Assembly: GCA_048939595.1 (NCBI GenBank)
Contig: JBHLPI010000014.1
Location: 3,169 to 35,168, forward strand
Reading direction: 5' to 3'
Source of the DNA: Promethearchaeota archaeon
GTDB lineage: Archaea; Asgardarchaeota; Hermodarchaeia; Hermodarchaeales; Hermodarchaeaceae
Length of the DNA stretch: 32,000 nt
Both the position numbers and the translations under genes were made by a program. The notes under the pieces were generated by a model that was not told the origin of the DNA, did no database searches, and was given only the letters and a program-made list of their open reading frames with translations. This document shows positions 9,240 to 18,018 of the stretch, piece after piece (position 1 is the first letter of the stretch; each line of letters starts with the position of its first letter).

Positions 9240-10334
9240 GTGAAAATTGTTGCGAAGAGATTGAAAATTGGAAAAGTTGTCGTTGTTCCGGAGGACATGG
9301 ATGACCTGTGGCACCTTTACAATGTGATTCTTCCAGGTGATCAGGTGGCTGCACGAACAGTGAGACGTGTTCGCCGTGACGCAGACGATTCATCCCGACC
9401 TGACAAAGGTGAGCGTCGGGGTATGTTCATTCGATTATCTGTTGAGGAAGTGTCGCTTCATAAATACTCAAACCGCCTCCGAGTAAAAGGAAAAATCTTG
9501 GAAGGGCCTGAGGATTTTGTGTCTACGGGAACCTATCATACTATCAATGTTGAACCAGGACTTAAAGTCGAGATCATCAAAGAACGATGGCCCAACATAC
9601 TACTCCAACGGATACAAGACGCTACTACACGAAAAGGTCAGCGCCTCATAGTCATTGCGGTAGAAGAAGATCAAGCATCGATTGGTGTCATTGATGACTC
9701 TGGAATTGAGGTTCGCGTTGAAATCCACGGAACCGCACGAGGCAAGTATGGTAAATATGTGCAAACTGCTGAAACAATGGACCAGATGTTTGCTGGTATA
9801 GCGCTTCAGCTGAGAGAGTTACTTGAGCAGTTACCAGCCAATACTCGAATTGTTCTTGTGGGACCCGGCTCAACCAAGGATAAGCTTGCCGAATACATCT
9901 CGAATAAGGTTTCGAAAAGTAAAGGACGTATACTCTTAGAACATGTAAGTACAGGAACAGTTGCTGGAATTTATGAAGCACTGAATCGCGGAATTGTTGA
10001 ACGAATTGCTAGCGAAATTCGATTAACTCGTGAGATTCGATTAATGGATGAATTAATGACCCATTTGGGAAAAGACACAGGAAAAACTGTGTATGGTTGG
10101 GACGCAATCCAACGGGCAGTACAGTTTGGAGCCGTTGAAACATTACTGGTTTTAGATAGACTATTTCGCGAAGCTGAACCCGAATTTCGGCGTAAATTAG
10201 AAAATGTGATGCGACAGGTCGAGAAGCAAGCCGGCTCTCTTGAAATTTTCAGTAATGATCATCAAGCCGGAAAACAGCTTGAAGGATTAGGGGGGCTCGC
10301 GGCGCTTTTACGCTTCCGTCTTCCCGACTCCTAA
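9240..10334 (+). CDS. pelA: Pelota (aPelota / Dom34 homologue, ribosome rescue)
   Basis: N-terminus KIGKVVVVPEDMDDLWHLYNVI, central and eRF1-like C-terminal domains. GTG 9240 follows GAGG by about 9 nt. GTG 9222 and TTG 9225 are alternative starts. Confidence 0.85.
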   Translation: MKIVAKRLKIGKVVVVPEDMDDLWHLYNVILPGDQVAARTVRRVRRDADDSSRPDKGERRGMFIRLSVEEVSLHKYSNRLRVKGKILEGPEDFVSTGTYHTINVEPGLKVEIIKERWPNILLQRIQDATTRKGQRLIVIAVEEDQASIGVIDDSGIEVRVEIHGTARGKYGKYVQTAETMDQMFAGIALQLRELLEQLPANTRIVLVGPGSTKDKLAEYISNKVSKSKGRILLEHVSTGTVAGIYEALNRGIVERIASEIRLTREIRLMDELMTHLGKDTGKTVYGWDAIQRAVQFGAVETLLVLDRLFREAEPEFRRKLENVMRQVEKQAGSLEIFSNDHQAGKQLEGLGGLAALLRFRLPDS

Positions 10335-11416
10335 AGCGGATAATAAGACACCTGAAATCGTGAGTCAATAGGATACTCTTCAACAATTCCCACACTAGCC
10401 CCACGAGACTTTATCCGCCTTGCTAGTCTTCGTGCAATTTGAACAGAAGTTTCGATTTGTCCTTTGGTCTCATTGACCCACAGTTGCTCGGAGGGTACTT
10501 GTTCTTCGGAAAGTAAGTATTTGTATAAATCCCGCAAGCTAACATCCTTCGAGGGATAAATGACGCCTTTAACAAGTAGCCCTTCATTCGAAATTTTTTC
10601 AAATGGTTTTCTAATGTTTTTTGCTCTTCGCTTGAAGCGGCTTCGTAACTGATGGCCATCCTTTAGAGAAAGTGGACAGTAATGAATATTCAACGACGTT
10701 TCCGTTGATGCCCACTCCAGAAGTGCTAGAGCTACATCCTCACTTTCCTTAACGGATGCAATTGTATCCGAATCTAACTCGTAACCCCTTTCTCGGAGTT
10801 GTTGGGCATTCAAGGCCGTAAACTCCATCTCATTTAGGTTAATGAAGTCAATACCAATCTCATCGAATTTACGAAACAAGTCTTTGAGTGACTCAAGCAT
10901 TCCCGGAATAACTGGTATTTCAAGACCAAGTCGACCTTTACCCTTCATCAGATTCCGCAATGCAAGGAAATCTGCTCCGACTTCAAATCGGTGGAGTCGT
11001 AACTCATCGAGCCCCGCATCAAGTAGTTGAGTCACCGCATCAAGTGGAACTGGTTCAAGACCTGTATACAAATGGATATGGAACTTTTTCCCAAACACTC
11101 GTTTAAATCGACGAATATAATTGAGAGTACGAGTCAAGTTTTGCAGGGGTTCGCCACCAGTAATACCCATTCCTGTGGCATTGATCAATTGAGCCTCAGT
11201 AATTGCTTGTTCTGGGTCAGTTATTTCAACTTCATTTGCATAGGCTTCATCTTGGTCTTTTCGTTCCTCAGAAATCGGACAATAATAGCAGTCCTTCGAG
11301 CATTTCCCTGAAACGAAAAAGACAAGTTTTGCACCTTTCATACACTCCCGACAACCCTTGGTTAACTGTCCGATATAAGGGGAATTTCCGCGTGAAAGTT
11401 GGATATCTCGGGTCAC
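10331..11416 (-). CDS. Radical SAM protein (pyruvate formate-lyase-activase-related, COG2108-like)
   Basis: CxxxCxxC cluster motif CSKDCYYC near the N-terminus; GITGGEP; 361 aa. Convergent 4-nt overlap with the pelota stop. Confidence 0.75.
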   Translation of the reverse strand: MTRDIQLSRGNSPYIGQLTKGCRECMKGAKLVFFVSGKCSKDCYYCPISEERKDQDEAYANEVEITDPEQAITEAQLINATGMGITGGEPLQNLTRTLNYIRRFKRVFGKKFHIHLYTGLEPVPLDAVTQLLDAGLDELRLHRFEVGADFLALRNLMKGKGRLGLEIPVIPGMLESLKDLFRKFDEIGIDFINLNEMEFTALNAQQLRERGYELDSDTIASVKESEDVALALLEWASTETSLNIHYCPLSLKDGHQLRSRFKRRAKNIRKPFEKISNEGLLVKGVIYPSKDVSLRDLYKYLLSEEQVPSEQLWVNETKGQIETSVQIARRLARRIKSRGASVGIVEEYPIDSRFQVSYYPL

Positions 11417-11422
11417 ATTAAT

Positions 11423-12136
11423 TCAACCTTTTTGCACCCGACGCCGAACGACTGGGTCGCGGTCACTGACATGCTTCAAAACTGATTCAAAAGTCTCATC
11501 CGGTGCCAATTGTCGTTTGAGATAAACACCTGTTCGACCAACTTCATCGCGACGCATTAGAATCTTAACTCGTTCTTCCACGATTTTGAGACTAACACCT
11601 ACAGTCTTCGCCACACTTATTTCGTTTCCAATGACTGGTGTTTCAATGTGTCCTTTTGTAATTGGCTCGATTAGTACTAAGCGTTTATCAACGCCAGGCA
11701 CGCGTATTTTCCTTTCAAGAGCTGATTGATTTAGACACCCACCAAATTGGTAGAATTCAAGTTCAATCGGTGCTGGGTTAGTTAACGGAAACGTTACAAC
11801 GGAATTATTTGGCAAGTAGATATGCGCTTTTATTGCATGAAACGGAGTAGCATGCACAAGCTCTCGGTGGATAATCTGATACCCCGCATCGGATAAGGCA
11901 AATTCCACTGAAAAAGATGGGATAACTCCGGGAAGATAAACGTCGATATCACTGTGTTCACTGACATCACCTCGACAAATACTCCCATGGATTAGCGGCT
12001 CAACCCCAATTTGCTTCAAAATGCTCATAATCTCAATTGCACGTTGGCGTAATTTTCTGAGATGAGACCATTTCTCCGCTTTATAGATAATCTCCTTGCT
12101 TCCGGTGTCACGTCGGGTTGGTTGTTCTCGAGGCAT
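11423..12136 (-). CDS. Pol-beta-superfamily nucleotidyltransferase domain protein
   Basis: HGSICRGDVSEHSDIDVYL matches the GS...DxD NTase signature. GGGAG lies 7 nt before the ATG. Confidence 0.6.
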   Translation of the reverse strand: MPREQPTRRDTGSKEIIYKAEKWSHLRKLRQRAIEIMSILKQIGVEPLIHGSICRGDVSEHSDIDVYLPGVIPSFSVEFALSDAGYQIIHRELVHATPFHAIKAHIYLPNNSVVTFPLTNPAPIELEFYQFGGCLNQSALERKIRVPGVDKRLVLIEPITKGHIETPVIGNEISVAKTVGVSLKIVEERVKILMRRDEVGRTGVYLKRQLAPDETFESVLKHVSDRDPVVRRRVQKG

Positions 12137-12147
12137 GAATAGTCTCC

Positions 12148-12501
12148 CTAATCGGGCTTTTGGACCGTTTCTTCAATCCATCTAAGATAAGGTTCATGGC
12201 CTTCTTGGATATCGATTCGAATAATCTCTGGAACCTCATAACTATGTATACTCAATATCCTATCTCGAAGCGGGATGAACATTTCATTGCTCGTTTTGAT
12301 TATGAGTAAAACTTCATTATCTTCGACTATTTCCCCTTTCCACGAATATATTGAGCTCTGAGGAATTATCCCCACACACGCTGCAAGTGATTCCTCTACA
12401 AGTTTACGCGCAATTATTTTGGCTTCCTCTTCCTTTCCTACTGTTACAAAGACAAGACTTGCTGTTGAAGACATCTTTCCACACACATTAGACGAGCCCA
12501 T
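12148..12501 (-). CDS. cutA: CutA1 divalent-cation tolerance protein
   Basis: AACVGIIPQSSIYSWKGEIVEDNEVLLIIKT is typical of CutA; 117 aa. ATG 12474 is an alternative start. Confidence 0.8.
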   Translation of the reverse strand: MGSSNVCGKMSSTASLVFVTVGKEEEAKIIARKLVEESLAACVGIIPQSSIYSWKGEIVEDNEVLLIIKTSNEMFIPLRDRILSIHSYEVPEIIRIDIQEGHEPYLRWIEETVQKPD

Positions 12502-12592
12502 ACCGCATCTCTTAAAAGCTTCCTTCTCATCGGTGCATCAAACATTTATACCAAATATCTGAACTGAGAACACTCTTGAGGCGATATATCAA

Positions 12593-13780
12593 ATGTTACA
12601 ATTTGAATTCTTGCTCCCTTTTCTTCCATGGTTGTTAATCCTTCTAGCTTGGATGATAATCATTGGGCTCGCCTCAATTTATAATCTAGAAAAATATGGC
12701 ATCGAAGTCGGACCTTTCATGCTCTTCGCGAGAACAGGTCGATTTAACAACTTCTTAGATCGAATTGGTAGATGGCATCCCCGTGCTTGGCGCTATATTT
12801 GGTCCTTCTTTATTGGTGTCGCCTTCTTCTTCTCCTTATACGGATTCTACTTCCTGGGCTTAAATGTCTGGGAATTTGTTAAAGTCTTCTTAGAACTACC
12901 TGGTACCCCAGGTCCTGTTGCACCTCTCATTCCTGGTGTTACAATGTCATACAACTTCTTCTTGATGATACTCATTCCACTAATTGTCGCTATTATTGTC
13001 CACGAAGTCGCTCATGGGATTGCGGCTCGGGCAGATAACATTCCTATAGAAAGCTCTGGGTTATTCGTGTTTCTCGTATTCTTTGGTGCCTTTGTTGAAC
13101 CTGATGAAGAATATGTAAAAATCAAATCAACGCGACGACAACGTGCCAGACTTTATGCCTCCGGTTCTGGGGCAAATCTCATTGTCGCATTTCTTGCATT
13201 GATTCTACTTACCTTCATTATCATCCCTATTCCCAGTGGAGCACTCATTAACAGCGTGGTTCCTGGGAGTGCAGCTGACGGCGTTCTAACACCAGGCATG
13301 GTAATAATTCAGATGAATGACACCACAATCGAAACAACTCAAGATATCCGCACCTTCATGTTAAATGCAAGTCCTGGCGACTTGGTAATATTCACAGTTG
13401 TTCAGGGTACAGTTTCGTTAGTAGTTGATGAAAATCCAACAAACTCCTCTCAGGCTTATATTGGCATATGGACAAGAAACTTTTTCCCTCTAGTCTATCC
13501 TTTCAGTCTTCTTGGTCCAGCTATAGGTACTCAATTCTATGAAGGCTTGGCTTGGTTCTTTATGATTACTTTAAGTTTGGGAATCATTAATCTCTTACCT
13601 ATACCCCCACTTGATGGTGATAGGCTCTGGAAAGAACTAATTGATTCAACAATATCGATGGAACGAAGAGGAGGTAAGGCTGTTCTTTGGAGTCTCCGAA
13701 TTACAGCGATTTCAATTCTTATCGCCAACATAGTGTTTACAATTATAAATCCTAATCTTCTCTTACTCTTCTTTCGGTAA
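12593..13780 (+). CDS. Site-2 protease family (M50) membrane metalloprotease with PDZ-like insert
   Basis: HEVAHGIAAR (HExxH), NLLPIPPLDGDRL, multiple hydrophobic spans; 395 aa. Confidence 0.8.
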   Translation: MLQFEFLLPFLPWLLILLAWMIIIGLASIYNLEKYGIEVGPFMLFARTGRFNNFLDRIGRWHPRAWRYIWSFFIGVAFFFSLYGFYFLGLNVWEFVKVFLELPGTPGPVAPLIPGVTMSYNFFLMILIPLIVAIIVHEVAHGIAARADNIPIESSGLFVFLVFFGAFVEPDEEYVKIKSTRRQRARLYASGSGANLIVAFLALILLTFIIIPIPSGALINSVVPGSAADGVLTPGMVIIQMNDTTIETTQDIRTFMLNASPGDLVIFTVVQGTVSLVVDENPTNSSQAYIGIWTRNFFPLVYPFSLLGPAIGTQFYEGLAWFFMITLSLGIINLLPIPPLDGDRLWKELIDSTISMERRGGKAVLWSLRITAISILIANIVFTIINPNLLLLFFR

Positions 13781-13860
13781 ATCATTAGGAGTAATTCGTT
13801 AAAGATAGTATTTACATAAGGTTTTGAAGTTTCTTTATTCGGGATAGGGAAAAAGGTGAT

Positions 13861-13881
13861 TGTGCCCAAAAATTGGGCACA
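13861..13881. terminator. Perfect 9-bp hairpin between convergent genes (possible bidirectional terminator)
   Basis: tgtgcccaa-aaa-ttgggcaca, followed by a T-rich tract (gtgttttc). It lies between the S2P stop (13780) and the stop of the minus-strand secreted-protein gene (13908). Confidence 0.45.
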
Positions 13882-13907
13882 TTAGTGTTTTCATTCTGAA
13901 GTTATCA

Positions 13908-14561
13908 CTAGACTGCACAGTACATGTCCATGTAATAGACATAGCAGAATGACGGATTTGTGCTTGTTGAGGAAAATTGAACAAAAGATGCTCCGGTCCA
14001 GCCAGAAGTACAGTAAGTACTATATTGGACTTCAATTCTGTATGCGTGAGCATAAAATACTGGACAAGTCGGATTTAGAATGATTGTTTTGATTTGTTTT
14101 ACAGTTACTGATCCACCAACAACTGATTTCGAATATGCTGTACCCGACCATACTACATTCCAGATTAAAAGATCACTTAATTCATACAGCTTAACGCTTA
14201 CAGTAACGGACGCATAGTCTCCCATTGTATCGGCTTTAGCATAGAATGATAAAGATAGTTTTAGTTTGATGAAACAACCCCAGGGGCTTCCTTCATTGAA
14301 GATAAATTCGTCCCACACATAAGCATTTGCAGAAGCCCATCCATACGCTGTTGGACTTGTGCTAACATATCCATAGAGATAGCCACTAGTATAAGCTGCG
14401 GCATACCAGGAACCGAAATAAGCGCCACCTCCGTGATAACTTCCAGTATAAGGAGGTGTCTGATGAACGTATGCTAACGTAGTACTGATACTTAATGATG
14501 AAATTACTAATAGAAGTCCAATTAGAAACTTCTTTTGAACTCTTTTAAATTGCCTACTCAC
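13908..14561 (-). CDS. Hypothetical secreted protein (signal peptide, Tyr/Gly/Ser/Ala-rich N-terminal region)
   Basis: N-terminus MSRQFKRVQKKFLIGLLLVISSLSISTTLA resembles a signal peptide. The mature part is rich in Y/G/S/A with several Cys. No family was recognised. Confidence 0.55.
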   Translation of the reverse strand: MSRQFKRVQKKFLIGLLLVISSLSISTTLAYVHQTPPYTGSYHGGGAYFGSWYAAAYTSGYLYGYVSTSPTAYGWASANAYVWDEFIFNEGSPWGCFIKLKLSLSFYAKADTMGDYASVTVSVKLYELSDLLIWNVVWSGTAYSKSVVGGSVTVKQIKTIILNPTCPVFYAHAYRIEVQYSTYCTSGWTGASFVQFSSTSTNPSFCYVYYMDMYCAV

Positions 14562-14725
14562 CGGTAGATCCCCCCTAAATTTGGTGAATCAATATTGAAA
14601 AAACTTGTATATATAATATATGTGGGTGAATAAGTTACAACTAATTTTACTATTTATTTCGAATTTAATCTCAAAATGAAAGTATACATTTATTGGCTGG
14701 TATGATTTTACAATATGGCTCAATC

Positions 14726-15679
14726 ATGAACGAAGAACAGTGTAGAATGTGTGGAGCCCTCCCTGTAACTACAAGACCATATTCTGGTGAAGTGCTCTGT
14801 GAGAATTGTTTTCGAGATTCAGTAATCAGTAACGTTCGGAGGGCAATCTCCAAATATCAAATGCTGCAGCGAACTGATCGAATCGCGGTGGCATACTCAA
14901 GTGGCAAAGATAGCACCGTGCTATTAGCGATTTTAGTTGAAATACAAAAACGCTTTCCTGAGTCAGAAGTAATTGCCATCACCCTCGAAGAAGGAAGCAA
15001 ACAAGATAAAGACCGTCACAATCTATTGCAAACAGTGACCAAAGAAATCGGTATTGAGCACGTGACTTCCTCATTCCAGGAAATATTCTCTCTAACTCTA
15101 GATGAAGTAGCCGATCGAGCTCAAGCAATGCAGTCTCCCCTTTCTCCATGTGCATATTGTGGAACACTGCGACGACAAGGGTTGAATATCTTGGCTCGAA
15201 AAATCCAAGCGGATAAACTGGCTTTAGGTCATAATCTCGATGATGAAGTGCAATCGATGCTTATGAACCTCATTCGTGGGGATTTGCCTCGATTATCACG
15301 CATAACACCCTTTTTGAAGGGGGTTCCAAATTGGCTTGTTCCCCGAATTAAGCCACTGTATCATCTCCTTGAGAGTGATATCGCCCTTTTTGCAGAACTA
15401 CTTGGTTATCCGATTTACCATCCCCCGTGCCCATACAAGGAAACTTCGTTACGGTCTGAAATGCGTGAATGGCTCAACACCTTTGAAGAAAAACACCCTG
15501 GTTCAAAGTTCAATCTCCATGCAACTTTGATGAAGATTATTGAAGCAATTCGAAGTCCTGAGGATGACCCTTTTCAAAAATGTGTTCGCTGTGGAGAAAT
15601 TACATCAAAGCAGGTTTGTGCCGTTTGCCTCCACAAAGATCAACTTGGCTTATCGAAAACAAAGAAGAGAAGTAAATAG
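14726..15679 (+). CDS. ttuA: tRNA 2-thiolation PP-loop ATPase (TtuA / NcsA-Ctu1 family)
   Basis: N-terminal CxxC...CxxC (CRMCG...CENC), PP-loop SSGKDS, C-terminal CVRCG...CAVC. The ORF is open from 14693; ATG 14726 gives the family-typical N-terminus MNEEQCRMCG. Confidence 0.8.
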   Translation: MNEEQCRMCGALPVTTRPYSGEVLCENCFRDSVISNVRRAISKYQMLQRTDRIAVAYSSGKDSTVLLAILVEIQKRFPESEVIAITLEEGSKQDKDRHNLLQTVTKEIGIEHVTSSFQEIFSLTLDEVADRAQAMQSPLSPCAYCGTLRRQGLNILARKIQADKLALGHNLDDEVQSMLMNLIRGDLPRLSRITPFLKGVPNWLVPRIKPLYHLLESDIALFAELLGYPIYHPPCPYKETSLRSEMREWLNTFEEKHPGSKFNLHATLMKIIEAIRSPEDDPFQKCVRCGEITSKQVCAVCLHKDQLGLSKTKKRSK

Positions 15680-15757
15680 TGGCTTTTCAATCTGAACTTA
15701 GTAATCCATTTTTTACTAAACTTGTTTTATTTTTGAATTTTGTTAAAAAAACTAAGA

Positions 15758-17338
15758 TCAATCTTTTGCATTGGGAACTTCTTGATTTAGGATTTTGTAT
15801 ATTTTACTAATTGGGTGAGATAGATTAAATTCATCAAAAACGGCTTCAGCGATTCTGCCATAGGACATCCTTCTTTTTCGTAATTCCTTCATGAAGGTTA
15901 CAACATTGCTAGTAACTGGCTTTTGCTGTGTTTCTCTTCGTTTCATCATGTCTGCAATTTTATCTGCAGCTTCCTGACGTGTAGTAGCAAATAGAAAGAA
16001 TGGAAGTTCTGCAGCAACCTTAAGACTTGATTTTCTTCCAATCCTTACTTCATCTTTTGAATGAGATTGTCTTGATTCAATGTCTAATGTTCTCAGAAGG
16101 GTTTGAACAAAATTAGTACTTGGACCACTGGCATTTCCGATTTCTTGGCTCTTAACGCTTGCCCATCCATCGCCATCGTTGAGACCTTGAAGAAATCTAA
16201 TCCGTACTATTTTCGGTGCTCTAAAGAGCCATTCCATCCTAATTGGATGATGTGTTGTTGTCTCTTTGTGTTGAATTCCAAGACAACTTCTTTTAATCCA
16301 AGTTATTAGGGGTGAGCATTCAGAATTCCAACAATAGAAAGTAGTTCCTCGGCTGTTTCTGTAGTCTTTCCCTCTTTTTGCTCGAATACCTAACTTGCCT
16401 AAGAAATAGCAGGAAGCTTCTCCGACAACCTCGCTCCACGTATATTTCATCGAGAGCTGTAATTTAATATGTGAAGATGTTTGTTTATTCTTAGGCTTAC
16501 TTGCATCGCTAACTAAAACTCCAAGAATATATCCAAATGCTTGCTCTTGGCTAGTGTCTCCAAAACGATTATGCCACCCTCGCATCCTAGAATGTTCAAG
16601 CTCCTTCAGTTGATCCAGTACATCTCTAATTTCTAGCCATTTACTGATAGAGAACGGGACCTGAATGAAACCCTTCGGTTTGTATGTATGCCCGCTTCCC
16701 ATTTTTGTTGGAAGCCATAGACGTTTATTCCTTGGCTTCAAGTGTGGAATATTTGCTGCAAGATGAACCAAAACGGGTCGCATTTGGTTATTGAACCATC
16801 GTGAAATTACTGTGTATCGAGTGTCATATTCCCTTGCAACATCAGCAAATAAACCACCCTCCTTTAACAATTCGAGGGCACTGAAGTATTTAGAAACCTG
16901 ATTAATTCGCTTAGAAAAATGAGTTGAATTAACTAGCTCACTTGTGGGAAAATAGGTAGCAAGTTTATTGAATACATCGGAAAAAGAACAAACATAATTA
17001 TTTGTTTTATTAATTGCATCTATCTTACCCTGACTCTCGGTTTTCGAAACAGCTTGTTCGAATAAATAGTATAGACGCGGTTTTGTACACTTCTTAACGT
17101 AATCAGAAATCAATAATCGAAGTGTTTGAAAATTACCCTCTCTCTCACGCTTCTTACAAACATCTCGTGTCACTCGAGTTAATTCTCCAGCAAAAATCGT
17201 TTTCCTGTCACTAAATTCTTGATATAAAGCAAGATGTAACTTCGCATCAGAGAGGAGCTTACGAAAATTAGGATTTCTTTTCAGACCTGGAAAGTCATTA
17301 TCGATAATTGAATGAATCTGAATATCGCTAGTTATCAA
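15758..17338 (-). CDS. Free-standing double-motif LAGLIDADG homing-endonuclease-like protein with N- and C-terminal HTH-like regions
   Basis: Two LAGLIDADG motifs retain the acidic residue: FGYILGVLVSDAS and FLQGLNDGDGWAS. An N-terminal extension of about 260 aa contains an HTH-like segment (ADVAREYDTRYTVISRWF), and the C-terminus has an HTH-like tail (MSYGRIAEAVF). AT-rich flanks. Confidence 0.7.
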   Translation of the reverse strand: MITSDIQIHSIIDNDFPGLKRNPNFRKLLSDAKLHLALYQEFSDRKTIFAGELTRVTRDVCKKREREGNFQTLRLLISDYVKKCTKPRLYYLFEQAVSKTESQGKIDAINKTNNYVCSFSDVFNKLATYFPTSELVNSTHFSKRINQVSKYFSALELLKEGGLFADVAREYDTRYTVISRWFNNQMRPVLVHLAANIPHLKPRNKRLWLPTKMGSGHTYKPKGFIQVPFSISKWLEIRDVLDQLKELEHSRMRGWHNRFGDTSQEQAFGYILGVLVSDASKPKNKQTSSHIKLQLSMKYTWSEVVGEASCYFLGKLGIRAKRGKDYRNSRGTTFYCWNSECSPLITWIKRSCLGIQHKETTTHHPIRMEWLFRAPKIVRIRFLQGLNDGDGWASVKSQEIGNASGPSTNFVQTLLRTLDIESRQSHSKDEVRIGRKSSLKVAAELPFFLFATTRQEAADKIADMMKRRETQQKPVTSNVVTFMKELRKRRMSYGRIAEAVFDEFNLSHPISKIYKILNQEVPNAKD

Positions 17339-17510
17339 CTGCCCCTTAAAGTAAGGTTGCTAAATTTTAATTGCATTACTTATTTTACTCCTCTCTTTAA
17401 TGGATGGTCTAGCTTTGAATTTAATAGCCAATATCGAATATTTGCTGACAAATTTTATTCACGCCAAATTTTGCCAATTACTTTGTGAATATTAGGTGTT
17501 TATGACAGGT

Positions 17511-17548
17511 CGAAAATTGACTTTTCATGAAAACATATTAAAAGTCAA
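17511..17548 (-). terminator. Hairpin plus T4 just 3' of the SRP RNA
   Basis: 9-bp inverted repeat ttgactttt (17517-17525) / aaaagtcaa (17540-17548). On the minus strand it is followed by TTTT (17513-17516). Confidence 0.4.
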
Positions 17549-17572
17549 CAAACTCACTTTGAAGAAGGAGTT

Positions 17573-17926
17573 GCGGACGGGAGCCCCGACGGTTGTCAAC
17601 CCTCACTGATGCCGTACTCACAGCCAGGTCTCAGACCCGGATCTCGGAAGCATCTACAGTACAGGTTTACGCTGCTCCCTCCCGGGTCTCGCTGGGTTCA
17701 CCTGATAAAGACGATTCAGCCCTTCCTACGAAAAGCCTACCGCCACCAGCGATCCTCCGAGGCGGATCGTCACAGCCTTGAACAGCGAGTCGTACTCTAG
17801 GTCAGAAAGCCTAACGTTGGCATTCAGCCCGCCGTATAGAGCATCTGCGGTACAGGGGAGCTTTGGCCAGCCCGTAGCGGCGCTGCGGGGCTTCTAGCCC
17901 CCCGCCTAGGCTCACCGTCCATCCAG
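17573..17926 (-). ncRNA. Signal recognition particle RNA (archaeal 7S RNA)
   Basis: Minus strand starts GGACGGUGAGCCUAGGCGGGGGGCUAGAAGCCCCGC (Alu-domain-like 5' end). It contains the helix-8-like core CAGGUGAACCCAGCGAGACCCGGGAGGGAGCAGCG. The 3' end GGCUCCCGUCC pairs with the 5' end. GC-rich island in AT-rich surroundings. Ends are accurate to about 10 nt. Confidence 0.85.
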
Positions 17927-17942
17927 CTCACACACCTCCGCA

Positions 17943-17950
17943 ATATATAA
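17943..17950 (-). promoter_or_regulatory. TATA box for the SRP RNA gene
   Basis: Minus-strand TTATATAT lies about 20-25 nt upstream of the predicted SRP RNA 5' end. Confidence 0.5.
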
Positions 17951-18018
17951 CCATTACTCAATATGTTGTAGTTTAAAGAGTTGAATGTAAAAGATAATTC
18001 GGAATTCTAAGAGTACAA

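Noticed and set aside
17593-17800. Two plus-strand ORFs of about 62 aa (17593-17781 and 17609-17800)
   Set aside because: They lie entirely inside the SRP RNA gene, on the opposite strand. They are GC-rich-sequence artefacts.
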